Shown here: one piece after another, positions 30,001 to 45,000 of the stretch
Numbering within the stretch: position 1 is the stretch's first letter
Layout: each line of letters opens with the position of its first letter
DNA from: Balanoglossus misakiensis
Taxonomy: Eukaryota > Animalia > Hemichordata
Assembly: GCA_040954595.2 (NCBI GenBank)
Contig: CM082585.2
Coordinates: 386,814 to 450,813 of the forward strand
DNA: 64,000 nt
Direction: 5' to 3'
The notes under the pieces: model-generated
Told to the model about the DNA's origin: nothing
The model's database searches: none
Seen by the model: the letters and a program-made list of their open reading frames with translations, nothing else
Program-made: the position numbers and the translations under genes

Positions 30001-33000
30001 TAATCTATCCCTTACAACATTTCAGCATAACTCTTTCCATATTTGTTTTCATTCTGTGACTGTTCCACTTAAATCTTGTAGAGAATTCGTTACTTCAAAA
30101 CAAAGGCTTGAAACTATACATATCCTGTTACGTGACCTTTCTTCGAATTCCATTTATGATGTAAGAAATTAAATTATTTGCAATTTTAATCTATTCCTTA
30201 CAACATTCCGGCATAACTCTTTCCATATTTGTTTTCATTCTGTGACTGTTCCACTTAAATCTTGTAGAGAATTCGTTATTCCAAAACAAAGCCTTGAAAC
30301 TATACATAAGTCTTTTTGTAAAACATGGCCCGTTATGTGACCATTCTTTGAATTCCATTTATGATGTAAGAAATTAAATTATTTGCAATAATTATCTATC
30401 CCTTACAACATTCCGGCATAACGCTTTCCATATTTGTTTTCATTCTGTAACTGTTCAACTTAAATCTTGGAGAGAATTCGTTATTCCAAACAAAGCCTTG
30501 AAACTATACATAAGTCTTTTTAGTAAAACATTGCCCGTTATGTGACCATTCTTTGAATTCCATTTATGATGTAAGAAATTAAATTATTTGCAATATTAAT
30601 CTATCCCTTACAACATTCCGACATAACTCTTTCCATATTTGTTTTCATTCTGTGACTGTTCCACTTAAATCTTGTAGAGAATTTGGTATTTCAACACAAA
30701 TTATTGAACCTATACATATCCTGTTACGTGACGTTTCTTTGAATTCCATTTATGATGTAAGAAATTAAATTATTTGCAATATTAATCTATCCCTTACAAC
30801 ATTTCAGCATAACTCTTTCCATATTTGTTTTCATTCTGTGACTGTTCCACTTAAATCTTGTAGAGAATTCGTTACTTCAAAACAAAGGCTTGAAACTATA
30901 CATATCCTGTTACGTGACCTTTCTTCGAATTCCATTTATGATGTAAGAAATTAAATTATTTGCAATTTTAATCTATTCCTTACAACATTCCGGCATAACT
31001 CTTTCCATATTTGTTTTCATTCTGTGACTGTTCCACTTAAATCTTGTAGAGAATTCGTTATTCCAAAACAAAGCCTTGAAACTATACATAAGTCTTTTTG
31101 TAAAACATGGCCCGTTATGTGACCATTCTTTGAATTCCATTTATGATGTAAGAAATTAAATTATTTGCAATAATTATCTATCCCTTACAACATTCCGGCA
31201 TAACGCTTTCCATATTTGTTTTCATTCTGTGACTGTTCCACTTAAATCTTGTAGAGAATTCGTTATTCCAAAATAAAGCCTTCAACTATACATATTAAGT
31301 CTTTTTAGTAAAACATGGCCCGTTATTTGACCATTCTTTGAATTTCATTTATGATGTAAGAAATTAAATTATTTGCAATATTAAACTATCCCTTACAACA
31401 TTCCAGCATAACTATTTGAATATTTGTTTTCATTCTGTAACTGTTCAACTTAAATCTTGGAGAGAATTCGTTATTCCAAACAAAGCCTTGAAACTATACA
31501 TAAGTCTTTTTAGTAAAACATGGCCCGTTATGTGACCATTCTTTGAATTCCATTTATGATGTAAGAAATTAAATTATTTGCAATATTAATCTATCCCTTA
31601 CAACATTCCGACATAACTCTTTCCATATTTGTTTTCATTCTGTGACTGTTCCACTTAAATCTTGTAGAGAATTTGGTATTTCAACACAAATTATTGAACC
31701 TATACATATCCTGTTACGTGACGTTTCTTTGAATTCCATTTATGATGTAAGAAATTAAATTATTTGCAATTTTAATCTATTCCTTACAACATTCCGGCAT
31801 AACTCTTTCCATATTTGTTTTCATTCTGTGACTGTTCCACTTAAATCTTGTAGAGAATTCGTTATTCCAAAACAAAGCCTTGAAACTATAACATAAGTCT
31901 TTTTAGTAAAACATATCCTGTTATGTGACCATTCTTTGAATTCATTTTATGATGTAAGAAATTAAATTATTTGCAATATTAATCTATCAATTACAACATT
32001 CCGACATAACTCTTTCCATATTTGTTTTCATTCTGTGACTGTTCCACTTAAATCTTGTAGAGAATTCGTTATTCCAAAACAAAGGCTTGAAACTATACAT
32101 ATCCTGTTACGTGACCTTTCTTTGAATTCAATTTATGGTGTAAGAAATTAAATTATTTGCAATATTAAACTATCCCTTACAACATTCCAGCATAACTATT
32201 TGAATATTTGTTTTCATTCTGTAACTGTTCAACTTAAATCTTGGAGAGAATTCGTTATTCCAAACAAAGCCTTGAAACTATACATAAGTCTTTTTAGTAA
32301 AACATGGCCCGTTATGTGACCATTCTTTGAATTCCATTTATGATGTAAGAAATTAAATTATTTGCAATATTAATCTATCCCTTACAACATTCCGACATAA
32401 CTCTTTCCATATTTGTTTTCATTCTGTGACTGTTCCACTTAAATCTTGTAGAGAATTTGGTATTTCAACACAAATTCTTGAACCTATACATATCCTGTTA
32501 CGTGACGTTTCTTTGAATTCCATTTATGATGTAAGAAATTAAATTATTTGCAATTTTAATCTATTCCTTACAACATTCCGGCATAACTCTTTCCATATTT
32601 GTTTTCATTCTGTGACTGTTCCACTTAAATCTTGTAGAGAATTCGTTATTCCAAAACAAAGCCTTGAAACTATAACATTAGTCTTTTTAGTAAAACATAT
32701 CCTGTTATGTGACCATTCTTTGAATTCATTTTATGATGTAAGAAATTAAATTATTTGCAATATTAATCTATCCCTTACAACATTCCGACATAACTCTTTC
32801 CATATTTGTTTTCATTCTGTGACTGTTCCACTTAAATCTTGTAGAGAATTCGTTATTCCAAAACAAAGGCTTGAAACTATACATATCCTGTTACGTGACC
32901 TTTCTTTGAATTCCATTTATGGTGTAAGAAACTAAATTTTTTGCAATATTAATCTATCCCTTACAACATTCCAGCATAACTCTTTCCATATTTGTTTTCA

Positions 33001-36000
33001 TTCTGTGACTGTTCTACTTAAATCTTGTAGAGTATTCGTTATTCCAAAACAAAGCCTTGAAACTATACATATCCTATTACGTGACGTTTGTTTGAATTCA
33101 TTTTATGATGTAAGAAATTAAATTATTTGCAATATTAATCTATTCCTTACAACATTCCGGCATTACTCTTTCCATATTTGTTTTCATTCTGTGACTGTTC
33201 CACTTAAATCTTGTAGAGAATTCGTTATTCCAAAACAAAGCCTTGAAACTATAACATAAGTCTTTTTAGTAAAACATATCCTGTTATGTGACCATTCTTT
33301 GAATTCATTTTATGATGTAAGAAATTAAATTATTTGCAATATTAATCTATCCCTTACAACATTCCAGCATAACTCTTTCCATATTTGTTTTCATTCTGTA
33401 ACTGTTCAACTTAAATCTTGGAGAGAATTCGTTATTCCAAAACAAAGCCTTGAAACTATACATAAGTCTTTTTAGTAAAACATGGCCCGTTATGTGACCA
33501 TTCTTTGAATTCCATTTATGATGTAAGAAATTAAATTATTTGCAATATTAATCTATCCCTTACAACATTCCGACATAACTCTTTCCATATTTGTTTTCAT
33601 TCTGTGACTGTTCCACTTAAATCTTGTAGAGAATTTGGTATTTCAACACAAATTCTTGAACCTATACGTAAGTCTTTTTAGTAAAACATATCCAGTTATG
33701 TGACCATTCTTTGAATTCCATTTATGATGTAAGAAATTAAATTTTATGCAATATTATTCTATCCCTTACAACATTTCAGCATAACTCTTTCTATATTTGT
33801 TTTCATTCTGTGACTGTTCCACTTAAATCTTGTAGAGAATTCGTTACTCCAAAACAAAGGCTTGAAACTATACATATCCTGTTACGTGACCTTTCTTTGA
33901 ATTCCATTTATGATTTAAGAAATTAAATTATTTGCAATATTAATCTATTCCTTACAACATTCCGGCATAACTCTTTCCATATTTGTTTTCATTCTGTAAC
34001 TGTTCAACTTAAATCTTGGAGAGAATTCGTTATTCCAAAACAAAGCCTTGAAACTATACATAAGTCTTTTTAGTAAAACATGGCCCGTTATGTGACCATT
34101 CTTTGAATTCCATTTATGATGTAAGAAATTTATTTTTTTGCAATATTAATCTATCCCTTACAACATTCCAGCATAACTATTTCAAGATTTGTTTTCATTC
34201 TGTAACTGTTCCACTTAAATCTTGGAGAGAATTCGTTATTCCAAAACAAAGCCTTGAAACTATACATAAGTCTTTTTAGTAAAACATGGCCCGTTATGTG
34301 ACCATTCTTTGAATTCCATTTATGATGTAAGAAATTAAATTATTTGCAATATTAATCTATCCCTTACAACATTCCGACATAACTCTTTCCATATTTGTTT
34401 TCATTCTGTGACTGTTCCACTTAAATCTTGTAGAGAATTTGGTATTTCAACACAAATTCTTGAACCTATACATAAGTCTTTTTAGTAAAACATATCCAGT
34501 TATGTGACCATTCTTTGAATTCCATTTAAGATGTAAGAAATTAAATTTTATGCAATATTATTGTATCCCTTACAACATTTCAGCATAACTCTTTCCATAT
34601 TTGTTTTCATTCTGTGACTGTTCCACTTAAATCTTGTAGAGAATTCGTTATTCCAAAACAAAGCCTTGAAACTATAACATAAGTCTTTTAGTAAAACATA
34701 TCCTGTTATGTGACCATTCTTTGAATTCATTTTATGATGTAAGAAATTAAATTATTTGCAATATTAATCTATCCCTTACAACATTCCAGCATAACTCTTT
34801 CCATATTTGTTTTCATTCTGTGACTATTCCACTTAAATCTTGTAGAGAATTCGTTATTCCAAAACAAAGCCTTCAAACTATACATATTAAGTCTTTTTAG
34901 TAAAACATGGCCCGTTATTTTACCATTCTTTGAATTTCATTTATGATGTGAGAAATTAAATTATTTGCAATATTAAACTATCCCTTACAACAATCCAGCA
35001 TAACTATTTTAATATTTGTTTTCATTCTGTAACTGTTCAACTTAAATCTTGGAGAGAATTCGTTATTCCAAAACAAAGCCTTAAAACTATACATAAGTCT
35101 TTTTAGTAAAACATGGCCCGTTATGTGACCATTCTTTGAATTCCATTTATGATGTAAGAAATTAAATTATTTGCAATATTAATCTATCCCTTACAACATT
35201 CCGACATAACTCTTTCCATATTTGTTTTCATTCTGTGACTGTTCCACTTAAATCTTGTAGAGAATTTGGTATTTCAACACAAATTCTTGAACCTATACAT
35301 AAGTCTTTTTAGTAAAACATATCCAGTTATGTGACCATTCTTTGAATTCCATTTAAGATGTAAGAAATTAAATTTTATGCAATATTATTGTATCCCTTAC
35401 AACATTTCAGCATAACTCTTTCCATATTTGTTTTCATTCTGTGACTGTTCCACTTAAATCTTGTAGAGAATTCGTTATTCCAAAACAAAGCCTTGAAACT
35501 ATAACATAAGTCTTTTAGTAAAACATATCCTGTTATGTGACCATTCTTTGAATTCATTTTATGATGTAAGAAATTAAATTATTTGCAATATTAATCTATC
35601 CCTTACAACATTCCAGCATAACTCTTTCCATATTTGTTTTCATTCTGTGACTATTCCACTTAAATCTTGTAGAGAATTCGTTATTCCAAAACAAAGCCTT
35701 CAAACTATACATATTAAGTCTTTTTAGTAAAACATGGCCCGTTATTTTACCATTCTTTGAATTTCATTTATGATGTGAGAAATTAAATTATTTGCAATAT
35801 TAAACTATCCCTTACAACAATCCAGCATAACTATTTTAATATTTGTTTTCATTCTGTAACTGTTCAACTTAAATCTTGGAGAGAATTCGTTATTCCAAAA
35901 CAAAGCCTTAAAACTATACATAAGTCTTTTTAGTAAAACATGGCCCGTTATGTGACCATTCTTTGAATTCCATTTATGATGTAAGAAATTAAATTATTTG

Positions 36001-39000
36001 CAATATTAATCTATCCCTTACAACATTCCGACATAACTCTTTCCATATTTGTTTTCATTCTGTGACTGTTCCACTTAAATCTTGTAGAGAATTTGGTATT
36101 TCAACACAAATTCTTGAACCTATACATAAGTCTTTTGAGTAAAACATATCCAGTTATGTGACCATTCTTTGAATTCCATTTAAGATGTAAGAAATTAAAT
36201 TTTATGCAATATTATTGTATCCCTTACAACATTTCAGCATAACTCTTTCCATATTTGTTTTCATTCTGTGACTGTTCCACTTAAATCTTGTAGAGAATTC
36301 GTTACTCCAAAACAAAGGCTTGAAACTATACATATCCTGTTACGTGACCTTTCTTTGAATTCCATTTATGATGTAAGAAATTAAATTATTTGCAATATTA
36401 ATCTATTCCTTACAACATTCCGGCATAACTCTTTCCATATTTGTTTTCATTCTGTGACTGTTCCACTTAAATCTTGTAGAGAATTCGTTATTCCAAAACA
36501 AAGCCTTGAAACTATATATATCGTGTTACGTGACGTTTTGTTTGAATTCCATTTATGATGTAAGAAATTAAATTATTTGCAATATTAATCTATCCCTTAC
36601 AACATTCCGGCATAACTCTTTCCATATTTGTTTTCATTCTGTAACTGTTCAACTTAAATCTTGGAGAGAATTCGTTATTCCAAAACAAAGCCTTGAAACT
36701 ATACATAAGTCTTTTTAGTAAAACATGGCCCGTTATGTGACCATTCTTTGAATTCCATTTATGATGTAAGAAATTAAATTATTTGCAATATTAATCTCTC
36801 CCTTACAACATTCCGACATAACTCTTTCCATATTTGTTTTCATTCTGGGACTGTTCCGCTTAAATCTTGTAGAGAATTTGGTATTTCAACACAAATTCTT
36901 GAACCTATACATAATTCTTTTCAGTAAAACATATCCAGTTATGTGACCATTCTTTGAATTCCATTTATGATGTAAGAAATTAAATTTTATGCAATATTAT
37001 TCTATCCCTTACAACATTCCAGCATAACTCTTTCCATATTTGTTTTCATTCTGTGACTATTCCACTTAAATCTTGTAGAGAATTCGTTATTCCAAAACAA
37101 AGCCTTCAAACTATACATATTAAGTCTTTTTAGTAAAGCATGGCCTGTTATGTGACCATTCTTTGAATTCTATTTATGATGTAAGAAATTTATTTTTTTG
37201 CAATATTAATCTATCCCTTACAACATTCCAGCATAACTATTTCAAGATTTGTTTTCATTGTGTAACTGTTCCACTTAAATCTTGGAGAGAATTCGTTATT
37301 CCAAAACAAAGCCTTGAAACTATACATAAGTCTTTTTAGTAAAACATGGCCCGTTATGTGACCATTCTTTGAATTCCATTTATGATGTAAGAAATTAAAT
37401 TATTTGCAATATTAATCTATCCCTTACAACATTCCGACATAACTCTTTCCATATTTGTTTTCATTCTGTGACTGTTCCACTTAAATCTTGTAGAGAATTT
37501 GGTATTTCAACACAAATTCTTGAACCTATACGTAAGTCTTTTTAGTAAAACATATCCAGTTATGTGACCATTCTTTGAATTCCATTTATGATGTAAGAAA
37601 TTAAATTTTATGCAATATTATTCTATCCCTTACAACATTTCAGCATAACTCTTTCTATATTTGTTTTCATTCTGTGACTGTTCCACTTAAATCTTGTAGA
37701 GAATTCGTTACTCCAAAACAAAGGCTTGAAACTATACATATCCTGTTACGTGACCTTTCTTTGAATTCCATTTATGATTTAAGAAATTAAATTATTTGCA
37801 ATATTAATCTATTCCTTACAACATTCCGGCATAACTCTTTCCATATTTGTTTTCATTCTGTAACTGTTCAACTTAAATCTTGGAGAGAATTCGTTATTCC
37901 AAAACAAAGCCTTGAAACTATACATAAGTCTTTTTAGTAAAACATGGCCCGTTATGTGACCATTCTTTGAATTCCATTTATGATGTAAGAAATTTATTTT
38001 TTTGCAATATTAATCTATCCCTTACAACATTCCAGCATAACTATTTCAAGATTTGTTTTCATTCTGTAACTGTTCCACTTAAATCTTGGAGAGAATTCGT
38101 TATTCCAAAACAAAGCCTTGAAACTATACATAAGTCTTTTTAGTAAAACATGGCCCGTTATGTGACCATTCTTTGAATTCCATTTATGATGTAAGAAATT
38201 AAATTATTTGCAATATTAATCTATCCCTTACAACATTCCGACATAACTCTTTCCATATTTGTTTTCATTCTGTGACTGTTCCACTTAAATCTTGTAGAGA
38301 ATTTGGTATTTCAACACAAATTCTTGAACCTATACATAAGTCTTTTTAGTAAAACATATCCAGTTATGTGACCATTCTTTGAATTCCATTTATGATGTAA
38401 GAAATTAAATTTTATGCAATATTATTCTATCCCTTACAACATTTCAGCATAACTCTTTCTATATTTGTTTTCATTCTGTGACTGTTCCACTTAAATCTTG
38501 TAGAGAATTCGTTACTCCAAAACAAAGGCTTGAAACTATACATATCCTGTTACGTGACCTTTCTTTGAATTCCATTTATGATTTAAGAAATTAAATTATT
38601 TGCAATATTAATCTATTCCTTACAACATTCCGGCATAACTCTTTCCATATTTGTTTTCATTCTGTGACTGTTCCACTTAAATCTTGTAGAGAATTCGTTA
38701 TTCCAAAACAAAGCCTTGAAACTATATATATCGTGTTACGTGACGTTTTGTTTGAATTCCATTTATGATGTAAGAAATTAAATTATTTGCAATATTAATC
38801 TATCCCTTACAACATTCCGGCATAACTCTTTCCATATTTGTTTTCATTCTGTAACTGTTCAACTTAAATCTTGGAGAGAATTCGTTATTCCAAAACAAAG
38901 CCTTGAAACTATACATAAGTCTTTTTAGTAAAACATGGCCCGTTATGTGACCATTCTTTGAATTCCATTTATGATGTAAGAAATTAAATTATTTGCAATA

Positions 39001-42000
39001 TTAATCTATCCCTTACAACATTCCGACATAACTCTTTCCATATTTGTTTTCATTCTGTGACTGTTCCGCTTAAATCTTGTAGAGAATTTGGTATTTCAAC
39101 ACAAATTCTTGAACCTATACATAATTCTTTCAGGAAAACATATCCAGTTATGTGACCATTCTTTGAATTCCATTTATGATGTAAGTAATTAAATTTTATG
39201 CAATATTAATCTATCCCTTACAACATTTCAGCATAACTCTTTCCATATTTGTTTTCATTCTGTGACTGTTCCACTTAAATCTTGTAGAGAATTCGTTACT
39301 CCAAAACAAAGGCTTGAAACTATACATATCCTGTTACGTGACCTTTCTTTGAATTCCATTTATGATGTAAGAAATTAAATTATTTGCAATATTAATCTAT
39401 TCCTTACAACATTCCGGCATAACTCTTTCCATATTTGTTTTCATTCTGTGACTTTTCCACTTAAATCTTGGAGAGAATTCGTTATTCCAAAACAAAGCCT
39501 TGAAACTATACATAAGTCTTTTTAGTAAAACATGGCCCGTTATGTGACCATTCTTTGAATTCCATTTATGATGTAAGAAATTAAATTATTTGCAATATTA
39601 ATCTATCCCTTACAACATTCCGACATAACTCTTTCCATATTTGTTTTCATTCTGTGACTGTTCCACTTAAATCTTGTAGAGAATTTGGTATTTCAACACA
39701 AATTCTTGAACCTATACATAAGTCTTTTTAGTAAAACATATCCAGTTATGTGACCATTCTTTGAATTCCATTTATGATGTAAGAAATTAAATTTTATGCA
39801 ATATTATTCTATCCCTTACAACATTTCAGCATAACTCTTTCTATATTTGTTTTCATTCTGTGACTGTTCCACTTAAATCTTGTAGAGAATTCGTTACTCC
39901 AAAACAAAGGCTTGAAACTATACATATCCTGTTACGTGACCTTTCTTTGAATTCCATTTATGATTTAAGAAATTAAATTATTTGCAATATTAATCTATTC
40001 CTTACAACATTCCGGCATAACTCTTTCCATATTTGTTTTCATTCTGTGACTGTTCCACTTAAATCTTGTAGAGAATTCGTTATTCCAAAACAAAGCCTTG
40101 AAACTATAACATAAGTCTTTTAGTAAAACATATCCTGTTATGTGACCATTCTTTGAATTCCTTTTATGATGTAAGAAATTAAATTATTTGCAATATTAAT
40201 CTATCCCTTACAACATTCCGACATAACTCTTTCCATATTTGTTTTCATTCTGTGACTGTTCCACTTAAATCTTGTAGAGAATTTGGTATTTCAACACAAA
40301 TTCTTGAACCTATACATAAGTCTTTTTAGTAAAACATATCCAGTTATGTGACCATTCTTTGAATTCCATTTATGATGTAAGAAATTAAATTTTATGCAAT
40401 ATTATTCTATCCCTTACAACATTCCAGCATAACTCTTTCCATATTTGTTTACATTCTGTGACTATTCCACTTAAATCTTGAAGAGAATTCGTATTCCAAA
40501 ACACAGCCTTCAAACTATACATATTAAGTCTTTTTAGTAAAGCATGGCCTGTTATGTGACCATTCTTTGAATTCTATTTATGATGTAAGAAATTTATTTT
40601 TTTGCAATATTAATCTATCCCTTACAACATTCCAGCATAACTATTTCAATATTTGTTTTCATTCTGTAACTGTTCCACTTAAATCTTGGAGAGAATTCGT
40701 TATTCCAAAACAAAGCCTTGAAACTATACATAAGTCTTTTTAGTAAAACATGGCCCGTTATGTGACCATTCTTTGAATTCCATTTATGATGTAAGAAATT
40801 AAATTATTTGCAATATTAATCTATCCCTTACAACATTCCGACATAACTCTTTCCATATTTGTTTTCATTCTGTGACTGTTCCACTTAAATCTTGTAGAGA
40901 ATTTGGTATTTCAACACAAATTCTTGAACCTATACATAAGTCTTTTTAGTAAAACATATCCAGTTATGTGACCATTCTTTGAATTCCATTTATGATGTAA
41001 GAAATTAAATTTTATGCAATATTATTCTATCCCTTACAACATTTCAGCATAACTCTTTCCATATTTGTTTTCATTCTGTGACTGTTCCACTTAAATCTTG
41101 TAGAGAATTCGTTACTCCAAAACAAAGGCTTGAAACTATACATATCCTGTTACGTGACCTTTCTTTGAATTCCATTTATGATGTAAGAAATTAAATTATT
41201 TGCAATATTAATCTATTCCTTACAACATTCCGGCATAACTCTTTCCATATTTGTTTTCATTCTGTGACTGTTCCACTTAAATCTTGTAGAGAATTTGGTA
41301 TTTCAACACAAATTCTTGAACCTATACATAATTCTTTTTAGTAAAACATATCCAGTTATGTGACCATTCTTTGAATTCCATTTATGATGTAAGTAATTAA
41401 ATTTTATGCAATATTAATCTATCCCTTACAACATTTCAGCATAACTCTTTCCATATTTGTTTTCATTCTGTGACTGTTCCACTTAAATCTTGTAGAGAAT
41501 TCGTTACTCCAAAACAAAGGCTTGAAACTATACATATCCTGTTACGTGACCTTTCTTTGAATTCCATTTATAATGTAAGAAATTAAATTATTTGCAATAT
41601 TAATCTATTCCTTACAACATTCCGGCATAACTCTTTCCATATTTGTTTTCATTCTGTGACTTTTCCACTTAAATCTTGTAGAGAATTCGTTATTCCAAAA
41701 CAAAGCCTTGAAACTATAACATAAGTCTTTTAGTAAAACATATCCTGTTATGTGACCATTCTTTGAATTCCTTTTATGATGTAAGAAATTAAATTATTTG
41801 CAATATTAATCTATCCCTTACAACATTCCGACATAACTCTTTCCATATTTGTTTTCATTCTGTGACTGTTCCACTTAAATCTTGTAGAGAATTTGGTATT
41901 TCAACACAAATTCTTGAACCTATACATAAGTCTTTTTAGTAAAACATATCCAGTTACGTGACCATTCTTTGAATTCCATTTATGATGTAAGAAATTAAAT

Positions 42001-45000
42001 TTTATGCAATATTATTCTATCCCTTACAACATTTCAGCATAACTCTTTCCATATTTGTTTTCATTCTGTGACTGTTCCACTTAAATCTTGTACAGAATTT
42101 GGTATTTCAACACAAATTCTTGAACCTTTACATAAGTCTTTTTAGTAAAACATATCCAGTTATGTGACCATTCTTTGAATTCCATTTATGATGTAAGAAA
42201 TTAAATTTTATGCAATATTATTCTATCCCTTACAACATTCCAGCATAACTCTGTCCATATTTGTTTTCATTCTGTGACTATTCCACTTAAATCTTGTTGA
42301 GAATTCGTTATTCCAAAACAAAGCCTTCAAACTATACATATTAAGTCTTTTTAGTAAAGCATGGCCTGTTATGTGACCATTCTTTGAATTCTATTTATGA
42401 TGTAAGAAATTTATTTTTTTGCAATATTAATCTATCCCTTACAACATTCCAGCATAACTATTTCAATATTTGTTTTCATTCTGTAACTGTTCCACTTAAA
42501 TCTTGGAGAGAATTCGGAATTTCAACACAAACCCTTGAAACTATACAGAAGTTTTTTAGTAAAACATGGCCCGTTATGTGACCATTCTTTGAATTCCATT
42601 TATGATGTAAGAAATTAAATTATTTGCAATATTAATCTATCCCTTACAACATTCCGGCATAACTCTTTCCATATTTGTTTTCATTCTGTGACTGTTCCAC
42701 TTAAATCTTGTAGAGAATTCGTTATTCCAAAACAAAGCCTTGAAAATATACACATCCTGTTATGTGACCTTTCTTTGAATACCATTTATGATGTAAGAAA
42801 TTACATTATTTGCAATATCAATCTATCCCTTACAACATTCCAGCAAAACTCTTTCCATATTTGTTTTCATTTTGTGACTGTTGCACTTAATTCTTGTAGT
42901 GAATTCGTTATTCCAAAGCAAAGCCTTGAAACTATACATATCCTGTTACGTGACCTTTCTTTGAATACCATTTATGATGTAAGAAATTAAATTATTTGCA
43001 ATATTAATCTATCCCTTACAACATTCCGACATAACTCTTTCCATATTTGTTTTCATTCTGTGACTGTTCCGCTTAAATCTTGTAGAGAATTTGGTATTTC
43101 AACACAAATTCTTGAACCTATACATAATTCTTTTCAGTAAAACATATCCAGTTATGTGACCATTCTTTGAATTCCATTTATGATGTAAGTAATTAAATTT
43201 TATGCAATATTAATCTATCCCTTACAACATTTCAGCATAACTCTTTCCATATTTGTTTTCATTCTGTGACTGTTCCACTTAAATCTTGTAGAGAATTCGT
43301 TACTCCAAAACAAAGGCTTGAAACTATACATATCCTGTTACGTGACCTTTCTTTGAATTCCATTTATGATGTAAGAAATTAAATTATTTGCAATATTAAT
43401 CTATTCCTTACAACATTCCGGCATAACTCTTTCCATATTTGTTTTCATTCTGTGACTTTTCCACTTAAATCTTGTAGAGAATTCGTTATTCCAAAACAAA
43501 GCCTTGAAACTATAACATAAGTCTTTTAGTAAAACATATCCTGTTATGTGACCATTCTTTGAATTCCTTTTATGATGTAAGAAATTAAATTATTTGCAAT
43601 ATTAATCTATCCCTTACAACATTCCGACATAACTCTTTCCATATTTGTTTTCATTCTGTGACTGTTCCACTTAAATCTTGTAGAGAATTTGGTATTTCAA
43701 CACAAATTCTTGAACCTATACATAAGTCTTTTTAGTAAAACATATCCAGTTATGTGACCATTCTTTGAATTCCATTTATGATGTAAGAAATTAAATTTTA
43801 TGCAATATTATTCTATCCCTTACAACATTCCAGCATAACTCTTTCCATATTTGTTTTCATTCTGTGACTATTCCACTTAAATCTTGAAGAGAATTCGTTA
43901 TTCCAAAACAAAGCCTTCAAACTATACATATTAAGTCTTTTTAGTAAAGCATGGCCTGTTATGTGACCATTCTTTGAATTCTATTTATGATGTAAGAAAT
44001 TTATTTTTTTGCAATATTAATCTATCCCTTACAACATTCCAGCATAACTATTTCAATATTTGTTTTCATTCTGTAACTGTTCCACTTAAATCTTGGAGAG
44101 AATTCGTTATTCCAAAACAAAGCCTTGAAACTATACATAAGTCTTTTTAGTAAAACATGGCCCGTTATGTGACCATTCTTTGAATTCCATTTATGATGTA
44201 AGAAATTAAATTTTATGCAATATTATTCTATCCCTTACAACATTTCAGCATAACTCTTTCCATATTTGTTTTCATTCTGTGACTGTTCCACTTAAATCTT
44301 GTAGAGAATTCGTTACTCCAAAACAAAGGCTTGAAACTATACATATCCTGTTACGTGACCTTTCTTTGAATTCCATTTATGATGTAAGAAATTAAATTAT
44401 TTGCAATATTAATCTATTCCTTACAACATTCCGGCATAACTCTTTCCATATTTGTTTTCATTCTGTGACTGTTCCACTTAAATCTTGTAGAGAATTTGGT
44501 ATTTCAACACAAATTCTTGAACCTATACATAATTCTTTTTAGTAAAACATATCCAGTTATGTGACCATTCTTTGAATTCCATTTATGATGTAAGTAATTA
44601 AATTTTATGCAATATTAATCTATCCCTTACAACATTTCAGCATAACTCTTTCCATATTTGTTTTCATTCTGTGACTGTTCCACTTAAATCTTGTAGAGAA
44701 TTCGTTACTCCAAAACAAAGGCTTGAAACTATACATATCCTGTTACGTGACCTTTCTTTGAATTCCATTTATAATGTAAGAAATTAAATTATTTGCAATA
44801 TTAATCTATTCCTTACAACATTCCGGCATAACTCTTTCCATATTTGTTTTCATTCTGTGACTTTTCCACTTACATCTTGTAGAGAATTCGTTATTCCAAA
44901 ACAAAGCCTTGAAACTATAACATAAGTCTTTTAGTAAAACATATCCTGTTATGTGACCATTCTTTGAATTCCTTTTATGATGTAAGAAATTAAATTATTT